From Acidimicrobiaceae bacterium (GTDB lineage Bacteria; Actinomycetota; Acidimicrobiia; Acidimicrobiales; RAAP-2), in the NCBI GenBank assembly GCA_003133125.1, contig PKZO01000009.1, positions 322 to 50,535 on the forward strand: DNA of 50,214 nt. The letters are read 5' to 3'. The position numbers were made by a program, and so were the translations under genes. Below, in pieces: positions 19,596 to 29,072 of this stretch. The notes below the pieces were generated by a model that was not told where the DNA came from, did no database searches, and saw only the letters and a program-made list of their open reading frames with translations. Every line of letters begins with the position of its first letter. Position 1 is the stretch's first letter.

Positions 19596-19709
19596 AAGCA
19601 GATTCATCCTACCCAAGTACCGAGAACGTTCATTACCGCTCCCGGCCTTTCGCCAATTGCCAGCATTACACTAGGAATTCACTTGGCCCATGTCTATGAA
19701 GGGAAACAC

Positions 19710-20585
19710 GTGCGAACTCTACGTCTCCTCGCCGCCGGCGCGGTCGGTCTTTCGATCTTGAATGGAGTCTCACTCGGGGTTTCTACGATTGCTTCGGGCG
19801 CGCCGGCGTCGCTCGCTTCGTGCAAGAGCACGATCACTAGCGAGGAATACACCAAAGGAACCCTCACGGTGGGCACCGACGATCCCGTCTACTCGCCCTG
19901 GTTCGAGAACAACAAACCCAGTAACGCCAAGGGCTACGAGTCGGCGCTCGTCTACGCGCTCGCCTCGGTCCTCGGAGTCGACAAGTCACACGTCAAGTGG
20001 GCCTACGAACCCTTCGACTCGAGCTACACCCCCGGCACCAAGCACTTCGATTTCGACATCAACGAAATCTCTTACACGAAGGCCCGCGCGCAGGCCGTCA
20101 CCTTTTCGGCGAGCTACTACAACGTGAACCAGTCAATCGTCGCACTGAAGACCGACAAGATCGTCAAACACCACACGTCCGCCGAACTGAAGACGTACCT
20201 CTACGGTGACCAGATCGGCACGACGGGTCTCGCGTACATCAACGATCACATCAAGCCCACCAAATCGCCACGCGTCTATACGACCCTCGACCAAGCCGTC
20301 GAAGCGCTTCAACTCGGCCAGATTGACGCGATCGTCATCGACACGCCGACCGGCCAGTACATGGCGTCGTCGCAGATCGTCAATTCGAAGAAGAAGTTGG
20401 TCGCGACCCAGGTGGGACAGTTCCCGAGCGTCGGCGAGCACTACGGCTTGCTCTTTACCAAGGGCAACCCGCTCGCGGCGTGCGTCAACGCGGGACTCGC
20501 CGCCCTGACGAAAAACGGAACGCTCACGTCCTTGCAAAACAAGTGGCTTGGGATCTACACCAGCGTGCCGGTCATTAAGCCCTAG
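19710..20585 (+). CDS. Polar amino-acid ABC transporter substrate-binding protein
   Basis: Signal peptide, GTLTVGTDDPVYSPW, FDFDINEIS..RAQAVTFSASYY, GQIDAIVIDTP. Confidence 0.9.
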   Translation: MRTLRLLAAGAVGLSILNGVSLGVSTIASGAPASLASCKSTITSEEYTKGTLTVGTDDPVYSPWFENNKPSNAKGYESALVYALASVLGVDKSHVKWAYEPFDSSYTPGTKHFDFDINEISYTKARAQAVTFSASYYNVNQSIVALKTDKIVKHHTSAELKTYLYGDQIGTTGLAYINDHIKPTKSPRVYTTLDQAVEALQLGQIDAIVIDTPTGQYMASSQIVNSKKKLVATQVGQFPSVGEHYGLLFTKGNPLAACVNAGLAALTKNGTLTSLQNKWLGIYTSVPVIKP

Positions 20586-20588
20586 CAC

Positions 20589-21476
20589 GTGTCGCTCGAC
20601 ACCGACGCCTCTTCGTCGGACGCACCCAATCTTTTCGGCTCTCGACGTAGTCGACTCTTCGTAGGACGACGCGGCTTAGCCGCGAGTTCGATTTCGACGG
20701 TCCTTCTCGTAGGCGCGATCGTCCTCATACTGTTCGTCGCCCCCGGCGGGGCGGTGTTTCGCTACTACTTCTTCAACTTGCACGACATGAGAATCGCCTG
20801 GGACGGTCACGCGTCCCAGGGCATCAGCGCCCTAAGCCGGAGCCTCTTCACCAACGTCTGGATGTTCCTCGTAAGCGAAGTCCTCGTGCTCTTCTTTGGC
20901 CTCACGATCGCTTGGACGCGCATCAGCCGCACACCCGTGCTGTTTCCCGTGCGCATGCTCGTGACCGTCTACACCGACGTCTTTCGAGGCGTGCCGCTGC
21001 TCATTGTCGTCTACCTGGTCGGCGACGGGCTACCGGCACTGCGACTCGGCTTCATTTCGAACCAGTCACCTTCGATCTATGGCGTCGTAGCGCTCACCCT
21101 GACCTACAGCGCCTACGTCTCTGAGGTCCTGCGGGCTGGCATCAATTCGGTACCCCACGGTCAACTGCTCGCCGCGCGATCGCTCGGACTTTCCCCCACG
21201 TCGACGATGCGCCGCGTGGTGCTGCCCCAAGCGGTACGCACCGTCATTCCGCCGTTGCTCAACGACTTTGTCTCACTGCAAAAGGACACCGCTCTGGTCT
21301 CGGTGCTCGGGGTGATCGAGATCGCCAACGCCGGTCAGATCTCGGCGTCGACACTCTTTAACGGCAGCGGGCTCGTCGCCGCAGCCCTGTTCTTCCTCGC
21401 GCTCACCATTCCCATGACCCGTCTCACCGACCACCTCATCGAACGAGACCGTTCACGACGATTGGCCGGCTCGTGA
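20589..21476 (+). CDS. Polar amino-acid ABC transporter permease
   Basis: YTDVFRGVPLL, YSAYVSEVLRAGI, VVLPQA, LLNDFVSLQKDTAL. Confidence 0.93.
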   Translation: MSLDTDASSSDAPNLFGSRRSRLFVGRRGLAASSISTVLLVGAIVLILFVAPGGAVFRYYFFNLHDMRIAWDGHASQGISALSRSLFTNVWMFLVSEVLVLFFGLTIAWTRISRTPVLFPVRMLVTVYTDVFRGVPLLIVVYLVGDGLPALRLGFISNQSPSIYGVVALTLTYSAYVSEVLRAGINSVPHGQLLAARSLGLSPTSTMRRVVLPQAVRTVIPPLLNDFVSLQKDTALVSVLGVIEIANAGQISASTLFNGSGLVAAALFFLALTIPMTRLTDHLIERDRSRRLAGS

Positions 21477-22207
21477 GCGAGGTCGTGCTCGAACTGAATG
21501 ACGTCGTCAAGCGCTTCGACGACAATGAGGTTCTCTCGGGAGTGTCCTTGCAACTGCACCGCCACGAGGTGGTCTGCTTGATCGGCGCGTCGGGCTCGGG
21601 CAAGTCGACGTTACTGCGCTGTTCGAACATGCTCGAAGACATTGACGCGGGATCGATCACGCTCTTCGGTCAAGGACTCGAGGACCGGCGCATCGATCCG
21701 AACCTCGTGCGCCGCCACGTCGCGCTGGTCTTCCAGTCGTTCAATCTCTTCCCGCACTTGAGCGTGCTCGACAACATCCTGCTGGGGCCGGTGTACGCGA
21801 TGAAACGCAAGCGCGCCGACGTGCGCGACGAGGCCCTCGCACTGCTCGATCGCATCGGGCTGCGAGACCGGGCGAACGACTTCCCCGACCGCCTCTCCGG
21901 GGGTCAGCAACAACGAGTGGCAATTGTGCGCTCGCTCGCGATGCAGCCTTCACTGCTGTTACTGGACGAAGTCACGAGTGCTCTGGATCCGACCCTCGTG
22001 GGTGAAGTGCTCGATTTGCTGCGCGACCTCGCGGCGAGTGGCACGACGATGTTGATCGCGACCCACGAGATGAACTTCGCCAAGGACGTGTCCCATCAGG
22101 TCGCGTACCTCGACAAGGGTGTCCTCGTCGAGAAGGGTACGCCCGAACAGATCTTCAACAGTCCACAGCACGAAGCGACGAGGATCTTCTTGGAGCGAGT
22201 GCGTTAG
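21473..22207 (+). CDS. Polar amino-acid ABC transporter ATP-binding protein
   Basis: GASGSGKST, FQSFNLFPH, LSGGQQQRVAI, LLLDEVTSALDP, THEM. Confidence 0.95.
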   Translation: MSEVVLELNDVVKRFDDNEVLSGVSLQLHRHEVVCLIGASGSGKSTLLRCSNMLEDIDAGSITLFGQGLEDRRIDPNLVRRHVALVFQSFNLFPHLSVLDNILLGPVYAMKRKRADVRDEALALLDRIGLRDRANDFPDRLSGGQQQRVAIVRSLAMQPSLLLLDEVTSALDPTLVGEVLDLLRDLAASGTTMLIATHEMNFAKDVSHQVAYLDKGVLVEKGTPEQIFNSPQHEATRIFLERVR

Positions 22208-22668
22208 CTCGCGTGCGCGCGCAGTTCCGGCAACTGGCCCACCAGATCGAAGAGCTCCTGGTCACGTTCCCAGGTCAAGTGCGAGCGCACGTGCTCCATG
22301 GGTAACCACACCAGCTCGTCGACTTCCGCGTTAGGTGCGAACTCACCGTCACCAACGGCCATCAAGTAGTAGGCGACGATCTTGGGCTTGCCCTTACGGT
22401 GTGTGTAGTTCGTGGTGCCGACGAATCGCAGTACGTGACAGTTCATGCCGGTCTCTTCAGCCACCTCGCGTAGCGCCGCCTGCTCGAACGTCTCTCCCTC
22501 GTCGAGCTTGCCCTTGGGAAAGGTCCAGTCACCGCGCGCTTCGCGATAGATGCAGGCGATCTCCGCGCGCCCGCTGGCGACGGAACGGTGCACGATGCCA
22601 CCAGCGGCGCGAATGAGGTCGTTGGGTGCGTCCTTGGGGATGATGAGTTCGCCGCTCAAGAGGTACAC
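22204..22668 (-). CDS. NUDIX hydrolase
   Basis: Nudix box GKLDEGETFEQAALREVAEETG; IRAAGGIV. Confidence 0.92.
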   Translation of the reverse strand: MYLLSGELIIPKDAPNDLIRAAGGIVHRSVASGRAEIACIYREARGDWTFPKGKLDEGETFEQAALREVAEETGMNCHVLRFVGTTNYTHRKGKPKIVAYYLMAVGDGEFAPNAEVDELVWLPMEHVRSHLTWERDQELFDLVGQLPELRAHAS

Positions 22669-22752
22669 ACCGTCAACGGTAGAGGATTGGTCAGGGAAAC
22701 CATGGCATTACAAATCTACTTTGCCAAGAATTCACTTTCGTAGAGTGGGACC

Positions 22753-23526
22753 GTGATCGCAACCCAATTACCGCTCGTGACCCGTCTGGTGATCTACTTA
22801 GCGGCGGGTATCGGTGCGGGTATTGCGAACGGTGTCGCGGGCGGAGGGACCTTCGTCACTTTTCCGACGCTTCTCGCCACCGGCATCAGCGCACTCCAGG
22901 CCAATATCTCAACGACCGTGGGGGTGCTGCCGAGCTACGTCGGAGGAATCTCCGGCTTTCGCAAACAGATCGGTGCGCACCGGTCTCTCATTGTTTCGCT
23001 CGTGCCTTCGTGCGTCGTGGGCGCCGCCACGGGCTGCACGCTTCTGCTCGTTGGTTCCTCGAGCACTTTTCGCAGCGTGGTGCCCTGGTTGATCGGGGCG
23101 GGGACTGTACTTTTCGCCGCCGCACCCCTGGTGACCAAGCATCTCGAGCACATAGAGCACACGCACCCATCGAGACGGCGGGCACTCTTCGTCGGCGTCT
23201 TCGCGGTGTCGGTGTACGGCGGCTACTTCGGCGCGGGCCTGGGAATCCTGTTGCTCGCCGTGATGGCCGTGACCCTGCCGTTCGAACTCGCAGAACTTCA
23301 GGGTCTACGAAACGTGATCTCGCTCATCATCAATCTCTGTGCGGCGGCGATATTCATATTCCACGGCCATCTGGCCCTGGACGCCGTGTATATGTTGTTG
23401 GTGGGCACCCTGATAGGCGGTTGGCTCGGGACGCTACTGATCAAGCGCCTCTCGCCCCAGGTCGTGCGAGCGCTGGTCATCGCCACGGGAGTCTTTACGA
23501 CTTATCACCTCGCCACTACGGGTTAG
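22753..23526 (+). CDS. TauE/SafE family sulfite exporter
   Basis: NGVAGGGTFVTFP, YGGYFGAGLGI, multiple transmembrane segments. Confidence 0.88.
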   Translation: MIATQLPLVTRLVIYLAAGIGAGIANGVAGGGTFVTFPTLLATGISALQANISTTVGVLPSYVGGISGFRKQIGAHRSLIVSLVPSCVVGAATGCTLLLVGSSSTFRSVVPWLIGAGTVLFAAAPLVTKHLEHIEHTHPSRRRALFVGVFAVSVYGGYFGAGLGILLLAVMAVTLPFELAELQGLRNVISLIINLCAAAIFIFHGHLALDAVYMLLVGTLIGGWLGTLLIKRLSPQVVRALVIATGVFTTYHLATTG

Positions 23527-23562
23527 TGGTCGATTCCTGATAATTCCACTAATATATGTGGG

Positions 23563-24066
23563 ATGAAGAAGCTCTTCTCCTTCCCGAACCCCGTGAACGA
23601 CGCCTCGGCGCGCAGCGTCGCCCTGGGCGTCGTCGCGATGTCCCTCGCTGCGTTGATCTTCAACCAGGCGTGGCTACTGATCCCCCTGACCTACGGATTC
23701 CTCGCGCGAGTCGCCACCGGTCCAACGCTCTCACCGCTCGGCCAGTTCGCCGTTCGCGTGAGCGGCCCTCGGATCACGAGATGGCAGAAGTTCGTACCTG
23801 GTCCCCCCAAGCGCTTCGCGCAAGGAATCGGCGCGTTCCTCACGCTCGCGGCGACCTTGACGTGGTTGCTCGACAGCTGGTCGGTCGCGCGCTGGCTACT
23901 GATCCCCCTGCTCGGCGCCGCGTCACTCGAGGGATTCGTCGGGTTCTGTCTCGGTTGCACGATCTTTGGCTGGCTAATTCGTGCGGGACTCGTCCCCGAA
24001 GCCGTGTGCGTCGAATGCGGTGACCTCTCAGCACGCTACGCCAGGGCCGGAATCACTCAGAGTTAA
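23563..24066 (+). CDS. DUF4395-like membrane protein
   Basis: FSFPNPVN..AR, GPPKRFAQGIG, GFCLGC, VCVEC. Confidence 0.8.
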   Translation: MKKLFSFPNPVNDASARSVALGVVAMSLAALIFNQAWLLIPLTYGFLARVATGPTLSPLGQFAVRVSGPRITRWQKFVPGPPKRFAQGIGAFLTLAATLTWLLDSWSVARWLLIPLLGAASLEGFVGFCLGCTIFGWLIRAGLVPEAVCVECGDLSARYARAGITQS

Positions 24067-24139
24067 GAATTCTCTTACAGATCACTCAGAAACGACCGCT
24101 CGCTACTTTGGGGGGCGAACTCTTTCCTAGGCTGTGCTC

Positions 24140-26512
24140 ATGCACCGTCACTCGCTCTTCTCGAAGTTGGGCGTCGCGTCGCTCAGCATTTCACTCGGCG
24201 CGCTCACGCTCGTCGCCGCGCCGGTGCTCGCGAGCGAACCTCGGGTAACCGTCGCCAGCGCGGCACCAGTGCCCGCAAAAGACACGATCGTCGACCAGAC
24301 GATCACCACCTCGTTCGACGTGCAACTCACCCAACGCCACGCCAGCTCGCTGCCCGGTTTCCTCGCGAGCCTGTACGACACCGCCTCTTCGAACTATCAC
24401 CACTTCCTCACGCCAAGTTCCTACGCCCAACGTTTTGGCGCGAGCGCGAGCGTCGTTGCCAACGTACGTACCTATCTCGACGGTTTCGGGCTGAAGGTCG
24501 AAGACCTGAGCGCGAGCCACGTCCTCTTGCACGTAAGTGGAAGGACGACGGCCATCGCCCGGGCCTTTGACGCCCCCGTCGAGACCGTGCGAACCGCGGG
24601 TGGCGCACTCGTCGCCCAATTCGCCAGCTCCGCGACACTGCCGAGTTCGGTGGCGGCGAACGTCGCGAGCGTGGCGGGGCTCTCGAGCGTGGTGAGTCCG
24701 AGCCCCTCACTGGCGAGCTCACAGGTCTCCTCGTCCTCGCACGTCGCGGTCGCGACGACCTGTGCGTCGGCGGGGGCCGCCAGCACGACGCCGAACACGC
24801 TCGGCGGTTACCCCGCGACGGTCCAGGCGCAGTTGTACGGACTCAGCACCGAGTACGCCAGCGGCGACACCGGCGTTGGTCAGACGATCGCAACCTACGA
24901 GCTGGGCCTCTACGATCAGGCCGACGTCGCCACGTACTTCGCGTGTTACGGGCTTAGCCCCTCGATCACTCCCGTCAACGTCGACGGCGGGCCCACCGGG
25001 AGCTACTCCGAAGAGGCGACCATCGACATCGAAGAGGCCGCCGCGCTCGCGCCGGGCGCCGCGATCGAGGTCTACCAGGGGCCCGACAGTGGTTCGAGCC
25101 CTCTCGACATCTACCAAAAGATCGCCGACGACAACACCGCGACGATCGTCACCACGTCCTGGGGGATCTGTGAGACCGATCCGAGCGGAGCGGTGAACAC
25201 CGAGCAGTCCATCTTCGAGCAGATGGCGGCCCAAGGTCAGACCGTCGTCGCGGCGGCGGGCGACTCGGGCTCGTCGGACTGCGCCAACAACCCCGACGGC
25301 TACGCACCCACCACCCTTGCGGTCGATGACCCGGCCTCCCAGCCTCTCGTCACCGGCGTCGGTGGACTGAGCGTCACGAGCACGAGCCCGTTGGTCGAAT
25401 CGGTCTGGAACGGCGGGTCGGGCGGCGGGTCTGGCGGCGGCGGCAAGTCGGTCGAATGGTCGAGGCCGGCGTGGCAGAACGCGCCAGGGATCACCGCCGC
25501 CGACACCACCCGCATGGTGCCTGATCTCTCGACGATGGCCGACCCGAACACCGGGTTCATCGAGTACTACACCGGTACCGCCACGGGCACGGTTATCTGT
25601 CGTCGAACCTGCTCGAGCGGTTGGAGCGCCATCGGGGGCACGTCAATCGGTGCGCCGCTCGTGAGCTCGCTCGTCGCCGTAGCGGCCCAGGTCTGTGGCA
25701 CGACGCGACTGGGTTTCATCAATCCCCAGCTCTACGCAATGGCGAGTGCGGGAGTGGGCTTCAGTGACGTCACCACGGGCAACAACGACATCGACAACGT
25801 GGGCGGCTACAACGCCGGGGTTGGCTACGACATGGCCTCAGGACTGGGCAGCCCTGACGGCACACCCTTCATCGCCGGTCTGTGCGCACCCAAGATCGAC
25901 GCCGTCAAGAGTACGTTCACCTCGCCGAGCGCGAACGTCGCGCTCAACAGTCCCGCCAACGTGAGTGCGATCCTGGTGGGATCCAACGGCAGCCCCGTCG
26001 CCAACACCCAGTTCGCTGTGAGCGCGAGCGCAGCGTCGGGCACCATCGAGATCAACGGTTCCGCTTCGAGTGCGACCGGACCCGGCCAGGCGAGTACCAC
26101 GGTCACGTCCAGTTCGAGTGGTGCAGCCAACTTCACACTCACGAGCAGCGTCGCGGGTCCGGTGACGGTGACGATCTCCTACGCGGGCACCACGCTGCAC
26201 ACGGCAACGATTACCTTCGGCGCCGCCGTCGCGAGCTCCGTGCCGGGTCGACCGAAGATTTCGAGTCTCGTCGCGATAGTGGGCGGTTTCAAACTCGTCG
26301 TCGCACCCGACAGCGCCGGCTCGTCGCCGATTACCTTGTTCCAGTACTCGCTCAATTCGGGTGCGACGTGGGCGAACTTCTCGGCGACGACGCGAAGCGT
26401 GACGGTGAGCAGATTGCTGACGTCGCACACCTACGTGATAAGCGTGCGCGCACGCAGCGCGGCCGGGTCGAGCGCGCCCTCAGCGCCGTCGAGGGTCACC
26501 ACGCGTCCGTAG
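24140..26512 (+). CDS. Secreted S53 (sedolisin/kumamolisin) peptidase with prodomain and C-terminal Ig-like/FN3 domains
   Basis: Signal peptide, YHHFLTPSSYAQRFG prodomain, EATID (Glu/Asp), AAGDSG, GGTSIGAP (Ser), GYDMASGLGSP; C-terminal YQYSLNSG..W..YVISVRARS. Confidence 0.92.
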   Translation: MHRHSLFSKLGVASLSISLGALTLVAAPVLASEPRVTVASAAPVPAKDTIVDQTITTSFDVQLTQRHASSLPGFLASLYDTASSNYHHFLTPSSYAQRFGASASVVANVRTYLDGFGLKVEDLSASHVLLHVSGRTTAIARAFDAPVETVRTAGGALVAQFASSATLPSSVAANVASVAGLSSVVSPSPSLASSQVSSSSHVAVATTCASAGAASTTPNTLGGYPATVQAQLYGLSTEYASGDTGVGQTIATYELGLYDQADVATYFACYGLSPSITPVNVDGGPTGSYSEEATIDIEEAAALAPGAAIEVYQGPDSGSSPLDIYQKIADDNTATIVTTSWGICETDPSGAVNTEQSIFEQMAAQGQTVVAAAGDSGSSDCANNPDGYAPTTLAVDDPASQPLVTGVGGLSVTSTSPLVESVWNGGSGGGSGGGGKSVEWSRPAWQNAPGITAADTTRMVPDLSTMADPNTGFIEYYTGTATGTVICRRTCSSGWSAIGGTSIGAPLVSSLVAVAAQVCGTTRLGFINPQLYAMASAGVGFSDVTTGNNDIDNVGGYNAGVGYDMASGLGSPDGTPFIAGLCAPKIDAVKSTFTSPSANVALNSPANVSAILVGSNGSPVANTQFAVSASAASGTIEINGSASSATGPGQASTTVTSSSSGAANFTLTSSVAGPVTVTISYAGTTLHTATITFGAAVASSVPGRPKISSLVAIVGGFKLVVAPDSAGSSPITLFQYSLNSGATWANFSATTRSVTVSRLLTSHTYVISVRARSAAGSSAPSAPSRVTTRP

Positions 26513-26623
26513 GTTTTGTTGAGAGTTCGTGATAGTTCCTTCGAGAGACCATGTCGTGGCGAGGGGGCCTCTAGACTTTCCTAAGGTGCACGGCGGAACG
26601 ATTGGTGGGGGCTGCCCCAAAGG

Positions 26624-28651
26624 ATGCGAGTGAAGTTTCCACGTGCCGCGCTGGTGGCGAACATAGTGATTGTCGGCACCACGCTTCCCGTGGCGCTCTT
26701 GCCCGTGGCGACGACGAACTCCGCGGCTGCCCTGCCGCTGTACCAATTCGTCGATACCGGCACGGGGCCACTGCCTTGGAACGCCGTCTCCTTCGAGAGC
26801 TCGATCGACAACACCAAGATGCTCGGCAACCCCCACGCGGCGAGCGAGGACGGCGAGGAGGCACTGGCCTACCGTATGGCCAATTCGCAGATCGGGATCT
26901 ACGTCCAGAACGCGATTGGTACGACGTCCTGGATTGACGTCTCGACGATGGTAGACACGCCGACGCCCGCCTCGGACCCCGTGCCCTTCTTTGATCCCTC
27001 GGGCAACCTCGACGTGTTGTACGTGAGTACCCAACAACACCTCATCTTGATCTCCTCGACGCTCGACGTCGCCCCTCGAGGGCCAGAACTCGCGGGCTCG
27101 ACGCCTCGTCCGCCCTACGTTCTCACCGACCTCAGCGCGACCAATGGACTCTCAGTCGCGGCCGGTCTGCCGAGCGTCGGGCTTAACGGTCTGAACGGTT
27201 TTGTCGCCGTGCGATCGAGTACCAACCTCGCCGAGGTACTCCCCCTCACTTGGCACGACGACCAGAACGTGCCCGCAGTGGGTGCACCGCTCAACGTCTC
27301 GAGCGCCACGTCGATTGGCGCGATTTCCAATGACCCGGTCGCACTCGCGGGCGCCACCAACGCGTTCGTCGCCACCACGACCGCGGGCAACGTCGAACTG
27401 CTCACCAGTTCGAGCACCAGCTTTGGCGCGTGGAGCGCCAAGAATCTCACCGCGTCAACCGCAGCGAGCGCGGCGTCAGGAGAGTTGTCCTCGACCGCGA
27501 GCACGCAGTCGAACTACGTCGTCGCCTTGAGCAAGAGCGGCAACGTCGAACTCTTCAGTTCCTCGTTGATCGCGGGTTCGACGTCGTCGAGCTGGTCGCT
27601 CGACAACGTCACCGCCACGACAACCGGCGCGCCGCCCCTCGGTGGCGCGGTCTTCGCCCAAGCCAGCGCGACCCAGCTCTTCATCGCCGGCCAAGCGGCG
27701 AACTGGGGTGACTTGTTCGTTCTCACGAGTTCGATCGGTTCGAGCTCGTGGAGCGCCACCGACGTCTCGGTCACCGGCGGCAGCGCGGCGCGCTCGGTGG
27801 GCCCCGGGGTCACCGGTCTCATCCAGGGCGCCAACCTGGTCCTCTACGCCGCGGGCGTGAGTTCGTCACCTCCCCAGGGCGTGGGCGTCTACGCGATTCC
27901 CACCAGTGACTGGTCGAGCGCGATCAACAACGGCTGGCCCATCGTCAGCGAAACCGGTGGCCTCGGCACCCAGGCGGCGCCCTGGGTTGGTTTCACCAGC
28001 GCCAAGAGCGTCGCCACGTCACCGGATTTCCTGCTCGGCCAGAGCATCTACAACTCGCACAAGCGCGTCACCTGGTTGTCGTTTTGGACGCTGAGCGGCC
28101 CGCTTAAGACCGAGCCCCAGACCGCCGCTAGTTACTACAGCCACGGTTTCGCCGCGGGCGCCTGGGTCGCAGGTGAGATCGACCAGTACCGCGCCCTGGG
28201 CGTGGGGCTCAAGCCCGACTGGGTGATCTTCGATCCCGAGGGTTACCCCGACAATCACTCCGGACTCGACGCGCCCAGCGGTTCTTCGAACGCGGTCCTC
28301 GCCACCTACGCGACCTACTGGACCGCCATGCTCTCGGGCTGGTCGAGCGGCCTCGCCTCGGTGGACCCGTCGCTCAAACCCGGCGTCTACGCCACCCAGT
28401 CCGAGTACCGCAACTACGCCCTGGCGAGCCAGACGATGTCGGTCTTCGAGGCGGTCGCCTTCGCCAACGGTGGTCCCCTGCCAATAGCGGGAGCGAACGG
28501 CACGAACATTCGAGGTTACGTCGCCTACGGCGCGACCTGCACGCCCGTGACGACGCTGCAAAACGAGATGAATACCCTGACCAACCCGCCCTGGTCGGGC
28601 CAGTTCAACACCTTGCAGTTCAACGCCGGGGTGTACTGCCCCCCGGCCTAG
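26624..28651 (+). CDS. Secreted protein with N-terminal W-x-x-x-[ND]-[LV]-[ST] repeats and a C-terminal glycoside-hydrolase-like (DUF1906/GH25-like) domain
   Basis: Signal peptide; repeats WIDVST, LTDLSA, PLNVSS, WSAKNLT, WSLDNVT, WSATDVS; C-terminal WVIFDPEG and KPGVYA. Confidence 0.6.
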   Translation: MRVKFPRAALVANIVIVGTTLPVALLPVATTNSAAALPLYQFVDTGTGPLPWNAVSFESSIDNTKMLGNPHAASEDGEEALAYRMANSQIGIYVQNAIGTTSWIDVSTMVDTPTPASDPVPFFDPSGNLDVLYVSTQQHLILISSTLDVAPRGPELAGSTPRPPYVLTDLSATNGLSVAAGLPSVGLNGLNGFVAVRSSTNLAEVLPLTWHDDQNVPAVGAPLNVSSATSIGAISNDPVALAGATNAFVATTTAGNVELLTSSSTSFGAWSAKNLTASTAASAASGELSSTASTQSNYVVALSKSGNVELFSSSLIAGSTSSSWSLDNVTATTTGAPPLGGAVFAQASATQLFIAGQAANWGDLFVLTSSIGSSSWSATDVSVTGGSAARSVGPGVTGLIQGANLVLYAAGVSSSPPQGVGVYAIPTSDWSSAINNGWPIVSETGGLGTQAAPWVGFTSAKSVATSPDFLLGQSIYNSHKRVTWLSFWTLSGPLKTEPQTAASYYSHGFAAGAWVAGEIDQYRALGVGLKPDWVIFDPEGYPDNHSGLDAPSGSSNAVLATYATYWTAMLSGWSSGLASVDPSLKPGVYATQSEYRNYALASQTMSVFEAVAFANGGPLPIAGANGTNIRGYVAYGATCTPVTTLQNEMNTLTNPPWSGQFNTLQFNAGVYCPPA

Positions 28652-28666
28652 GCGTAGGCTCGGCGA

Positions 28667-28912
28667 ATGAGCGACGAGCACAGCACCGCGAGCGACAAGT
28701 CACCGGACCTGAAAGCTCGGCTCAAGCAGATCACCCAACCGCTCATGGACTCGCTTGATTCCAAGATCCGCGACCAGGTCGACCACCGCGTCGACGAACG
28801 GGTCGACCAGAAGGTCGAACAGTCGCTCTCGGCGCGACTCTCGGTCATCGAACGCGCCATCGCGGACCTCGACCGCGAGGTGAAGGAACTGAAGAAGAAG
28901 GCTACGCCCTAG
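28667..28912 (+). CDS. Small coiled-coil hypothetical protein
   Basis: 81 aa, GC3-rich codons, TAGGCT-N6-ATG, DQVDHRVDERVDQKVEQ repeat. Confidence 0.75.
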   Translation: MSDEHSTASDKSPDLKARLKQITQPLMDSLDSKIRDQVDHRVDERVDQKVEQSLSARLSVIERAIADLDREVKELKKKATP

Positions 28913-29027
28913 GTCCTTGGTCTATCTCGGCGCGACGCTCTCGGTCGCGACGAATCGCGAAACGGACCGTCAGCACACAAAGCACGATCACGGCGAGGAC
29001 GAAGAACGAGAAGACCGCGATGAACAC
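28902..29027 (-). CDS. Small single-pass membrane protein (41 aa; not in the ORF track)
   Basis: MFIAVFSFFVLAVIVLCVLTVRFAIRRDRERRAEIDQGPRA*; TAACGT-N6-GTG. Confidence 0.7.
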   Translation of the reverse strand: MFIAVFSFFVLAVIVLCVLTVRFAIRRDRERRAEIDQGPRA

Positions 29028-29044
29028 GACGCCACGTTAGGTCC

Positions 29045-29066
29045 TGTCACACGTGTGCGCAAGAGT
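29045..29066 (+). promoter_or_regulatory. Possible PafBC/RecA-NDp-type promoter
   Basis: TGTCAC-ACGTGTGCGC(N10)-AAGAGT-N6-ATG; same TGTCAC and spacing as at recA, one mismatch in the -10. Confidence 0.45.
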
Positions 29067-29072
29067 AGACGC

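Noticed and set aside
24055-24095. Possible OmpR/MprA-type direct repeats upstream of the sedolisin
   Set aside because: Matches (TCTTAC-N5-ACTCAG) are too degenerate to support
28917-29072. Acidic N-terminal extension of ORF 28917-29870
   Set aside because: It is largely the antisense of the small membrane protein; ATG 29073 is the better start
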